DNA of 64,000 nucleotides from Squalus acanthias (Eukaryota): the NCBI GenBank assembly GCA_030390025.1, contig CM059432.1:21082001-21146000 (forward strand), given 5' to 3'. The notes under the pieces were generated by a model that was not told the origin of the DNA, ran no database searches, and saw only the letters and a program-made list of their open reading frames with translations. Shown here piece after piece: positions 33,632-44,671 of this stretch. Both the position numbers and the translations under genes were made by a program. Each line of letters starts with the position of its first letter. The first letter of the stretch is position 1.

Positions 33632-33730
33632 TCAGATGACAGTTCCCCTTTACGGTATGACGCTCAAATGTTCCAAGTGTGGAGTTATATCTTCAGCTGA
33701 AGTATCGGCTACAGTCACCAGTAACGCCAT
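33632..33730 (+). CDS. ADGRB1: ADGRB1 99-nt ICL3 cassette exon: (G)QMTVPLYGMTLKCSKCGVISSAEVSATVTSNA(M)
   Basis: Acceptor tttaattgcag|T, donor AT|gttagt, phase 2-2 symmetric and in frame with both neighbours. Homologous to the ICL3 segment of ADGRB3 ([33 protein letters not shown], recalled). Confidence 0.9.
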
Positions 33731-34469
33731 GTTAGTTCCTGTAATTTCAATACTTGTTTTTATTTTTGTCTTCCGAAGGCCATACCAACAGTTGATCGTA
33801 GGTTTACATGCATGGGTTGTTAAATTTTTAAAAATTAAAAACATTTCCTCTTGTGCGGAAAATGAAATTGCGGTTATGTTTGAACAGTAGTGTGGCTTCT
33901 GTTTTGCTGATGTCACACTCGATGGGTTTAAGTTTACCATAGCCTTGAGCTACCAAAACAAGTCACAAATCCAGCTAGCTATCTATCTATTGTTCTTCCC
34001 ATTGTGGAGGCAATCACTAAATTTCTGTTCTGATCTCCTAATTGAGATTGAACCAGATGGGCTCACTACCATGCAGTGATGAAACTTTAGCTTTGCTCAT
34101 AGCAGAAGTGGTTCGAAATGTACAGACGTTACAATTTTTAAAAAGTGGACAATAGTTCTTTAAAAGAGAGAGGCCCTTCACAGTACTAACCCATGCAGTG
34201 CAGTGCTATCAACTCTTGTCAATCCAAATGGCATCATTGCATTGCACATTTCCAAATTATTGCATTGCATGCTTCCAAACACTATTGGATTGCTGTGCCA
34301 ATAAATTTCCACTCCACACCCAGCTTAATTGCATACTGTGAGCCATGGACTTTTGTGGTAGGCTACCAGATTTGATTAGTGGGTGGCCGTACTACTGGTT
34401 ACTAATTGGAAAACAAAAATAAATTCCATCGCTGGAGGCTTAGATCAGGCAGCCACAGTTCCTATAAAA

Positions 34470-35305
34470 CATACAACAGCAACTTGCATTTATATAGCGC
34501 CCATAATGTAGGAGAATGTCCCATGGTGCTTCACAGGAGCGTAATCAGACAAAAATTGACAGCGAGCCAAATGAGAGATTAGGAGTGGTGTCTAAAACCT
34601 TAATCAGAGGTAAGTTTTTAAGGAAAGTCTTAAGGGGAGAGAGACGGAAAGGTGTATGAAGGAAATTCCAGGGCTTGGTGCCTAGACGGCTGAAGTCACA
34701 CCTGCCAAAGGTGGGGCGAAGGGATTGGGGGATGCGTAAGAGACCAGAATTGGAGGAACACAGAGTTCTTGGAGGATTGCAGGGCTAGTGGAGGTTACAC
34801 AGATGGGGAGGGGCAAGGTTATGGAGAGATTTAACATGAGGATGAGAATTTTAAATTCACGGCGTTGGTGAGCTGGGAGTCATTGTAGGTCAACGAACAC
34901 TGGGATGATGGGTGAGGGACTTGGTGGGTGTTAGGATATGGGCAGAAGAGTTTTGGATGAGCTCAAGTTTATGGAGGGTGGAAAATGAGACGCCAGTCAG
35001 GAGAGCATTGGAATAATCGAGTCTGGAGGTAACAGAAGCATGGATGAGGGTTAGGGCTAGGGAGGAGCGGAGATGGGTGATATTACAGAGGTGGAAATCG
35101 TCGGACTTTGTGATGGAGAGGATATGGGTTCGGAAGCTCAGCTAGGGTCAAATAGGATGGTGAGGTTGTGAACAGTCTGGTTCAGCCTGAGACAGTGGCC
35201 GGGAAGGGGGGATGATTCAGTCGCAAGGGAACGGAGTTTGTGGCGCGGGCCAAAAACAATGGCTTCAGTCTTGCGAATGTTTAATTGAAAGAAACTGCAG
35301 CTGTC
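34470..35305 (-). mobile_element. L2 LINE 3' fragment
   Basis: [22 protein letters not shown] matches the + strand L2 at 36.4 kb. Tail GGCGCTATATAAATGCAAGTTGCTGTTG on the minus strand. Confidence 0.85.
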
Positions 35306-35643
35306 CAGGACTGACTGTTGAACAAGCAGACTGACAACACAGAGGCAGTGGAGTTGAGGTAGAGCTTGGTGTTGACAGCGTGTATGTGGAACTTGAGTTA
35401 TTTCTTTGGGCAGCATACATTTGCCAAGGGACACTAACCTCTTGACACAACATGCAATCGGTCATTCACACTGCTGCAGGATCTTAGAATGTTTAACCTC
35501 AATGTATTAAAAAGACTACGCTGCAATTCTCAATCATTTTTCTTAAGTGTGGAATTGGGAATATTTGCAATTGTGATAGTACACCTTTTGAAATTTCATT
35601 TTCTCTCCACACTATTGTGGCTAGAGTTGTATTCAAATAATTG

Positions 35644-37296
35644 TGATCCATGAGACCCACCTCCTGCTCCCTCGACCCTATTCCCACCAAAATGCTGACC
35701 ACCCAACTTCCTTTTCTGGCTCCCATGTTAGCTGATATTGTTAACGGTTCTCTCTCCTCAGGTACTGTCCCCCTCTCCCTCAAATCTGCCGTCATCACCC
35801 CTCTCCTCAAAAAAAACAACCCTTGATCCCTCCGTCCTTGCAAACTACCGCCCCATCTCCAACCTCCCTTTCCTCTCCAAAGTCCTTGAACGTGTTGTCG
35901 CCTCCCAAATCCGTGCCCATCTTTCCCGCAATTCCATGTTTTAATCCCTCCAATCAGGTTTCCGCCCTTGCCACAGTACTGAAACAGCTCTCATCAAAGT
36001 CACAAATGACATCCTTTGTGACTGTGACAAAGGTAAACTATCCCTTCTCGTCCTTCTTGACTTGTCTGCAGCCTTGACACGGTTGACCACTCCATCCTTC
36101 TCCAACGCCTCTCCACCGTCGTTCAGCTGGGTGGGACTGCACTCGCCTGGTTCCATTCTTATCTATCTAATCGTAGCCAGAGAATCACCTGCAACGGCTT
36201 CTCTACCCGCTCCCGCATCGTTACCTCCGGTGCCCCCCAAGGATCTAATCTTGGCCCCCTCCTATTTCTCATCTACATGTTGCCCCTTGGCGACATCATC
36301 CGAAAACACAACGTCAGTTTCCACATGTACGCTGACGACACCCAGCTCTACCTCACCACCTCTTCTCTCAACCCCTCCACGGATTCCATATTGTCAGACT
36401 GCTTGTCCGACATCCACTTCTGGATGAGCAAAAATTTTCTCCAATTAAATATTGGGAAGACCGAAGCCATTGTTTTCGGTCCCCGCCACAAACTCCGTTC
36501 CCTAGCCACTGACTCTATCCCTCTCCCTAACAGCTGTCTAAGGCTGAACCGCACTGTTCGCAAACATGGTGTCATATTTGACCCTGAAATGAGCTTCCGA
36601 CCACATATCCGCAGCATAACAAAGACTGCCTATTTCCACCTCCGTAACATCGCCCGTCTCCGCCCTTGCCTCAGCTCATCCACTGCTGAACCCTCATCCA
36701 TGCCTTTGTTACCTCTAGACTTGACTATTCCAATGCATTCCCGGCTGGCCTCCCACATTCCACCCTACGTAAACTTGAGGTCATCCAAAACTCAGCTGCC
36801 TGTGTCCTAACACGCACCAAGTCCTGTTCGCCCATCACCCCTGTGCTCGCTGACCTACATTGGCTCCTGATTAAGCAGCGCCTCGATTTCAAAATTCTCA
36901 TCCTTGTTTTCAAATCCCTCCATGGCCTCTCCCCTCCATATCTCTGTAATCTCCTTCAGCTCCACAACCCCCCGAGATATCTGTGCTCCTCTAATTCTGC
37001 CCTCTTGAGCATCCCTGATTATAATCGCTCAACTATTGGTGGCCGTGCCTTCTGTTGCCTAGGCCCTAAGCTCTGGAATTCCCTACCTAAACCTGTCCGC
37101 CTCGCTACCTCTCTTTCCTCCTTTAAGATGCTCCTTAAAACTTACCTCTTTGACCAAGCTTTTGGTCACCTGCCCTAATTTATCCTTATGTGGCTCGGTG
37201 TCAAATTTGTTTGTCTTATAACACTCCTGTGCAGCGCCTTGGGATGTTTTACTACGTTAAAGGCGCTATATAAATACAAGTTGTTGTTGTTGTTGT
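35644..37296 (+). mobile_element. L2 LINE, 5'-truncated RT region
   Basis: [51 protein letters not shown]. 3' end AAAGGCGCTATATAAATACAAG(TTG)n. Confidence 0.93.
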
Positions 37297-38984
37297 AACA
37301 ATGTTCAGAATTCAACAGTACTGTTGCCAAATACCACCAATACTTTCAGTATGTTAACATTTCTGGCACTACTTTGCTCCATGTACAAGCCTAAAATTTT
37401 CTGCATTCATTTTCTTTAAAAAAAAAATCAAATTACAGTTATAAAATGTATGCCCCCCCGCCCTCAAACTCCTTCCCTCAAAACATGCCTTTTCAAATAA
37501 AAGGAATCGACTCTTCGAGAAAATTGGCAAGAGAAAACAAAAGCGTGTCATTGATATTTTTGATATTGATGAGCCGTTTTGGGTAGGAGTGCATGGGCCA
37601 GTTGAGTAGCAAGAAACAGTGAAGCAGTTAGATTAAATGTATAATGTCAGTTGGCAGAAGATTGCAATGCTAGTATGGAGGATGAACCAATCAGAAAATA
37701 AAGGAATGCGGAGGAATAGATTTTAGTCCGGTGAAACTAGGCTCAGCTATTTTTTGCTTGTTTGGTAGTCTTCACACAACATGGCAGCTTGGTTATTCAC
37801 ATTATCAATGGCAATGCTTGTTGTCACTGCTGTCTTCAGTTCCAAAGGTTGAGTGGAGTCTTAGGGTTGATTTTCACTATTGGGTGGCCGAGCGACTGAG
37901 GCTTTTTCTTTGAGGTGACTCAGCAATCTAGTATAGGACTTATCCAGACTGCTCCTGATATCACACTGCTTACCAGAGTCACTTGTTGGCTGTCAAGATA
38001 TATTTTTTAAAAAGGGGGAAAAAAACGGCACTGCTGAGTGAGGGGTACATGTTAAATATTGTAGAGCACAAGAGGCCCAGAATATATATGATGCGTATCG
38101 CCCCTAATTACTGTGGAGGAGACCATTTAGTTGTAACTAAAAAAAAAATAGCTTTAAAGTTTCAAAGTAACGTCGGCTGTTTTTACCACATAAAAGTAAA
38201 TTGTTTTAAAGCAAACAATCTCCCAATTGTAAATAGGAGTCAGTGGAAAGATCTAGATATGTGAACGTTGAATTGTCATAGCATATCTTCTAATATAAGA
38301 AGGGTTGACGTAGGTTACAGTGAAACTTTTAATGCATGTTTTTAACTTATAACAAAAAAAACTTCCAGTTTTATCTTGCACCTTTAAAAATGACATATAA
38401 AACTATTAATTCTGTTAGTGTGGACTAATCCTCTATGATCACTCATTGGCCTCTGGAATTCTGTCACTTCCACTTTCCTATGTAGTGTTTCTGGAGTTGA
38501 TTAAAAAGGACTGCAACATTTCGCTATAAATCACCTCCGTAGGCCCTAACCTCAGTATGCACAGAAAATCTAAATATAGACTCGGAACAAACGGCCTGCA
38601 GCATAAACCTATATTTATGTCTCTGCCATTTTCCTTTTAAAGGGCAGCTAATAAACTTTTGCAGCAGGTTGGCACTCTGTGACTAGAGAAGGAAGAATAC
38701 GTGTATCTGTCCAGTTCAACAGAGACTTCATGACCAGTATTCCTTTCCCCCCACTGTCTCAGACCTCCCCAAAGGGACTGCAGGCTGCTTTGATGTGGGA
38801 TCTATACATACACCTTAAAAAATGGACAGCACCTGTGGGGTTCTGCAACTTTACATAGGGCTTTTGCAACAATAATTGAGTCCAATGCTAGAGACCGTAG
38901 TGGGCTTGCCTTCCATGGTTAATGGGCTTGCATCTGGCTGATTACATTGAATGTTAATAAATATAGCGTGATGCATGTTGTTAG

Positions 38985-39460
38985 AGCTAATGCCAAGTAT
39001 GTGCTGGGCTCTGAACTAAAGTCTGTTGAAATGGAAAGAGACCTGGATGAGTCTCTAAAGGTCCATGGCCAGTGCCAGTAGCTATAGCGAAAGCAAATAG
39101 GGTATTAGGATGTATAGCTAGGATGATACAGTACAAAACCAAGAGCACTATAGTCCCTACACAAGAACTTGTTTAGGCCCTATCTAGAATACTGCTTCCT
39201 GTTCTGATCCCTTCACATTGAGGCCCTAGAACTGGTTCAGAGTAGGGCCACTAGATCAATACCTAGTTTAGAATCCCTAACCGATCACAAGTTTTTAGAT
39301 TAGGGAGTTGGGTCTCTTTAATATTGAAAAGCATATCATGTTAGTTAAGGGTTTCTAGACTAGGTATTCAACTTTGGAAGAGGTTGCTGGCTTGTGCAGT
39401 GGATTTAGATGCACTCCAAACATTCAAAAGGGAGCTGGACAAGTTCCTGGAGCAGGCTGA
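38985..39460 (+). mobile_element. Degenerate CR1 fragment
   Basis: Remnants of KAN-VLG-I and RPYLEYC-FW, and TTCAAAAGGGAGCTGGACAAG. Confidence 0.6.
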
Positions 39461-40079
39461 TATCGCTATATACAGAAGGTAACATGATGTACCCCATGGC
39501 CATTCTTACTCTGGAACTTGTTTCTGATCGCTTTCGGGGGTTGGCGAGGAATTTCCCAGAATAATTTTTCCCCAAATTGGCCTAGGAGATTTCTTTTTGC
39601 CTCTAACAAGACATTACATGGCTGACAGTAGGTGCAGCATATTAGGGTGAGGTTATGTTGCTTAGCTGCAACTTGGCTGAATGGGACAGGCTCAATGGAA
39701 TCCAGTCTTTTTTTTGTCCGTCTTTTCATGTTAGTTGAACCTTGATTCGCAGTAATTTAAGTCTGCTTGCAGTGTCAGTCCATGGACAGTCAATTCAATA
39801 GAGCACCATAGCAAAGTTTGGGGGTGGGGGGGTCGGGCGGGAGCATCCAGGCCGTACTGCCACAATTATGTGCAGCATGCTCGCTCCTGCTTTTCCTGGC
39901 GTTGACAGAATTGGTGGTTGGGTACCAGGTGGTGCAGTTATTGTTCTTTAAGAGTGATGGAATTAAAGACATCTATCTCTGCTAGCTGTAAACAGCTCAA
40001 CATGAAACTTTTTCAGGTAGTCGCAATTCTAGTTCACAACACACACATACCAGCAAGGCAACATCCACCAACATTTTAG

Positions 40080-40437
40080 GTGGGACATTCCAGATGATAA
40101 CAACTCTCTTTCTCCGCATCGTGCCTCTGGTTCTTTTGCCAATTATGTTAAATCTGTGTCCTCTGGTTACCGGCCCTCCTGCCAGTGGAAACAGTTTCTC
40201 CTTCTCTACTCTGTCAAAACCCTTCATAATTTTGAACACCTCTATTAAATCTCCCCTTAACCTGCTCTGCCCTAAGGAGAACAATCCCAGCTTCTCCAGT
40301 CTCTCCACATAACTGAAGTCCCTCATCCCTGGTTCCATTCTAGTAAATCTCCTCTGCACCCTCTCCAAGGCCTTGACATCCGTCCAAAAGTGTGGTGCCC
40401 AGAACTGGGGACACTACACCGGCTGAGGCCTAACCAG
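40080..40437 (-). mobile_element. CR1 fragment
   Basis: ORF 39997..40368 (ERVQRRFTRM...RGDLIEVFKIM). Confidence 0.85.
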
Positions 40438-40647
40438 TTCTGTTGAGGTTACGGTATATTTCCCGGTAGCGTTTGACATTGACAAGGGGTGCATATTCCC
40501 CAGTACTGACATCTTGTCAATTTGATCAGTACTAAATATAGGAGGTGAAGGATGAAACTGGTGTTGGGTGAAATACAAGAACTGATTTTCCAAGATCGGA
40601 CTTGTTCAAATAAATAAGAGTTGTTTCTGTATGAGTTGCACCTGATA

Positions 40648-40880
40648 GGGTAGATTTTGACCCTGCGATGTGTAAAACAGGTGATGGCGAATCGGCAGCC
40701 TGTTTTATATCTCTCCCGATTTTTATTTCGCTAGGTCCACCTAAAAAAAAAGACCCAGACCAATTTAACAGAGGCCTGAGCGCCCATGCAGTTCGGGCAC
40801 AGCCTCTGCCCTGCTAAATTGGTTATCGTTGTGCCCATTTTATGCTCCATAATGAGTGCAGCAATAATGAATTTAGACCC
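40648..40880. mobile_element. Short MITE-like element
   Basis: Termini GGGTAGATTT / AATTTAGACCC resemble the Harbinger TIR at 1521-1534. Flanks ATA/AGA. Confidence 0.45.
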
Positions 40881-43800
40881 AGATCTCCATTTTGTAATAT
40901 ATTGTTGTAATCTGATAGTCGTTAGGAAGCAAAATGCTCAGTTGACATAATTTGTTTATTGCAACTGAAAGATCCATAGATAGGGCACTTCTCACATATA
41001 GAAAATACAATTACGCTGAATTTCTGCACGAATTGTCCAGATTTCCTGCCGCCCAGAGAAGTGGCTGAAAGAAGCTGTTCATGTGGTTTTCCCGGGGTTT
41101 CTTCCAATCTCCGGCTGAGGTCATGGCAGGCGATCTGGACAACCCTTGTGGGTTAGGGCCATTTTTCACAAGTTCCTAGTCAAATTACCTCTTTAAACAA
41201 ACACAGATATATGCCAAATTATTTGCATTACTGGAAATGTAATCGCTTTTTGCACACGGCCCATTTATACCATTTCCTAAATTGGGCTTCAGATCACATC
41301 TGATATATTGTTCAGTGTCACGATTCAGTGTCATCATCAGAGTTATCTGACAGTCGAGTTGCTTGCTTGAATGGATTCTGACAGAGCTTTCCTTCCATGT
41401 AGATACAAGGATCTGTACACAGAAACTCATTAATTTTTCAGCTACGTGACCCCTGAGCACATTGTGAAGCTGAGCACTTGCAAGTCACAAATTGAGGAGC
41501 AGGAGTCGTCCTCGTACGAAGAGGCTTAAATTAGCCTTGTCAAAATCGTAGCTTTCTCCAGTTGGGGGAGATAATGTTGGGAAGGGCTGCCTTCCCCCCC
41601 AAAATGTTTCTGAATGTGCAAGAGATCACATCATGCTTTGTCAATATCTGATAAGGTTATTGCATAATACAGAAAGATATCTTGGGCCTTGATACTTTTT
41701 TTGAGTTATGTGCAATAGTACATCACTCTTTAACCCTAGTTCAACAGAAGCAGGCTCATCAATATGTGTGCACATCTTTAACTGTTTCCAATCTTGCATG
41801 TAATGGTTGAACAAGATTTAATCCATATCAGTCACTGCCAAAATAGATTAGTCTAAGTGATTTGCCACTGGTAAAGCATCTGGCCTCGAATCTGCTCCCT
41901 CAAATCTGTGCGAAGAAATTGTGTTCTGGCCAGGTAGGATGGAACTTACATCCGTCAAATGGGGGTGTGGGCAAAAAATGGCTCGATGCAGCAAGTGTTC
42001 ATCTGACAGTTTGGCCCAGAGTAATTCAGTCTAGCTGAGAACAATGCATTCCCATTTCCACAAAGGATTAAATGGCCAAAATGTTGCATTACAACTTCTT
42101 ATTAACTCCTCTTTGCGGTAGTGAAGCAGACTAAATCTTGGTTCTTAAATATTTTGTGACCCACACTGCACTTCGCTTTCCACCAGTGATTTTCTTTACC
42201 TAGCCATAATTTGGCCCCTGAATTACAACTAATCTTAACTTTTATAAGTCCATTATTTAATTGTCCCCCTTTTCCATGTAAGCATTTTTATCCCCACAAT
42301 AAAGCATAAGTGTAACGACCACATCAGACCACAGCATGTGGTTTCAGCTGTCAAATCACAGTCTAGATATAAACTATCTAGACGCGAGAGTTCCACTTAC
42401 TTGAAGCAAAATTCTTTATAAACGTGTTTAAATTTTACTCCGAGTAGCCCACAGAGGAAGTCTCCCTTTTCACCACACAAACCTCTTGAAATTACAGCAA
42501 GGGAAATATCCATCATTAGTTGAGTGATCTTTCAGATATTCACAGGAGTACCACGACTCGTTTCTCTTGCAAATCACAGTTGCTGAATTCAAACATGACT
42601 ACGAGAATGTTACTTTGGATCATGAATAAAGATCCAGATGGTTCAGTATGCAGTAAATGTACAAAAAAAAAACTTCCATCCTTTGTGTATCTGCCAGTGA
42701 ATAGCACAGTGAATGTTAGCTGTAATAATATATGGTTAAACGGCAGCCAAATAATTTTGATGCCTCTGGGCATACTTCACCGTTTCATGGCACTTAGTTT
42801 TGATACTGAAGCAATTTGAGATTTACAATCGACACGTTACAAGATTTTGAAGGGAAAGCTGATCCTAATAAATTGTTTACCACGGCCAAGGGTTCACATA
42901 GTACGGGACACAAATTAAAATCAGGAAGTTAAGAGTAAGAAGGGAAGTCGGGCAGAAGTTTTTTGAACAAAGGATAATATTCTTGTGGAGCAAGCAATTG
43001 AGGAAAGCCAGTAAAATAAATAGTATAAATGGGTTGAAGTGGCAACTAGATATGTTTCTGGAAAAAGATAGGATTGAGGGATATGATGAAAAGACAGATT
43101 AGTTAGGTTGATGTACATAAATAATCAGTGGTCTAATTAGACTTAATGACTCATTCCATTTCCCATAAATTCTTATGTTGAACAGCAAAGAAACGTTTAT
43201 GTTGTTTGTAGGGCATATGACCTAGGCAGTCTTAAGAGCCCCATGAACAAACTTTCCTTAGTTGTGCAAAACTAAAACAAGGGGTCCAATTTGTCAGATG
43301 TACGCTGCACAGACAGCTTGACAACTTTTGGTATAAATTCTTTTCTAGAAGTCCGTCAAATATAATTTGTTGCCATGCAGGTCAAAGGAACATTGTCTTC
43401 ATGGAAAAATGCCTGTCACAGCTTTTTTGATTGAGTAGCTGTACAATGTGTCTATATGTACACTTATCACACTGAGTTACAGCTGGGCATGCACACAAAG
43501 ACCATTACAGCTATCATTGGACTTGCTGTCATATGCAGTTACTGCATATTTTGTGATGACAGCTAAACCAGGCAGTACGTGAACAACCTTCTCATCCTCT
43601 GTCAAGACTTTTGATAGTTCTTTAAGATCTTTGCAATTTGCTAGTATTAATAGATTGATATGCCAAGAAAATATAACCTACCAGTCTGGAAAATAATAGG
43701 ACTGATTGATGAAGAAATCTAGAGGGTTCACGGAGAAGGCACCAAATAGACTCGGGTCAAATTCCTTTGAAAATAAAATACAATCAGACTTCATTACAAC

Positions 43801-44150
43801 AAAGTCTGTTATTACATTCCTATAGTTGGATTGCAGTGGTCCTTTCTGATCTTGTACATTCCTAAGGTCCCATGTGCCTGCATTCCCAATTTATACCAAA
43901 TCTTCCAGCAGCCCTGTTTAAGGTTCTGTCAGCATGAGAGGAGTTTTTCCTCAATAAAGAGGAACTGTGTTGAAAATACCTGTGCGCTGATAATGTATGG
44001 CCCTTCCAGCATACTGTAACTCTGGTGGGACCCCATTATGCCAGGTCCCGGCCTAAAGTCGGGAGTTTCCTGAGACCTTTGTTGGCGTTTAAACCTCCAA
44101 ACGCTCCCTCCACGCCAAACAAAGTATAGGAGGGAGCAGACCTGAGAGCA

Positions 44151-44266
44151 GGGGCTTCTACACTGGGAGGTTCCTTGTCGGGGCTTCTACACTGGGAGGT
44201 TCCATGTCGGGGCTTCTACACTGGGAGGTTCCTTGTCGGGGCTTCTACGCTGGGAGGTTCCATGTC
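44151..44266. repeat. Minisatellite, 4 x 29 bp
   Basis: GGGGCTTCTACACTGGGAGGTTCC(T/A)TGTC at 44151, 44180, 44209 and 44238. Confidence 0.95.
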
Positions 44267-44671
44267 CCTGGCTCTCAAAGGGACCCAAGTGTAGGTCTTC
44301 AAGTCAGGCCCACCAGGGGGACCAGGCCAGTACTGAAGAAAAAAGTTGTTATTACAAAAAGAATTCCAGTGCAGCCCTTTGCAAAGGGGGCTACTTCTAG
44401 CACATTTCTGTGCGAGAAACACACCCGGCAACCACCTTTCCCTGGACTTGGCAACTTGTGCCACTATTTGCAGCCTGTGGCACAAGGCAGGTTCCCTCGT
44501 GGCAGTGGTGTTAAGATTAAATGATTTGTTCTTGACCCCTTTGATGGAGGTTAATAATAGAGATCCTGGGTAAGTGCATCTTAACAGGATACAAACCGCC
44601 CCCCGCCCCCCCCCCCCCCGCATTTGATTTTTGTTCCCCCGTACTTTGGCACTGCTATCGAATTTGTAATT

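Noticed and set aside
33603..33890. 95-aa ORF as a standalone membrane protein, and assignment of the gene to ADGRB3 because of this exon
   Set aside because: Only 33632-33730 is bounded by splice sites and homologous. The flanking exons carry BAI1-diagnostic residues ([27 protein letters not shown]).
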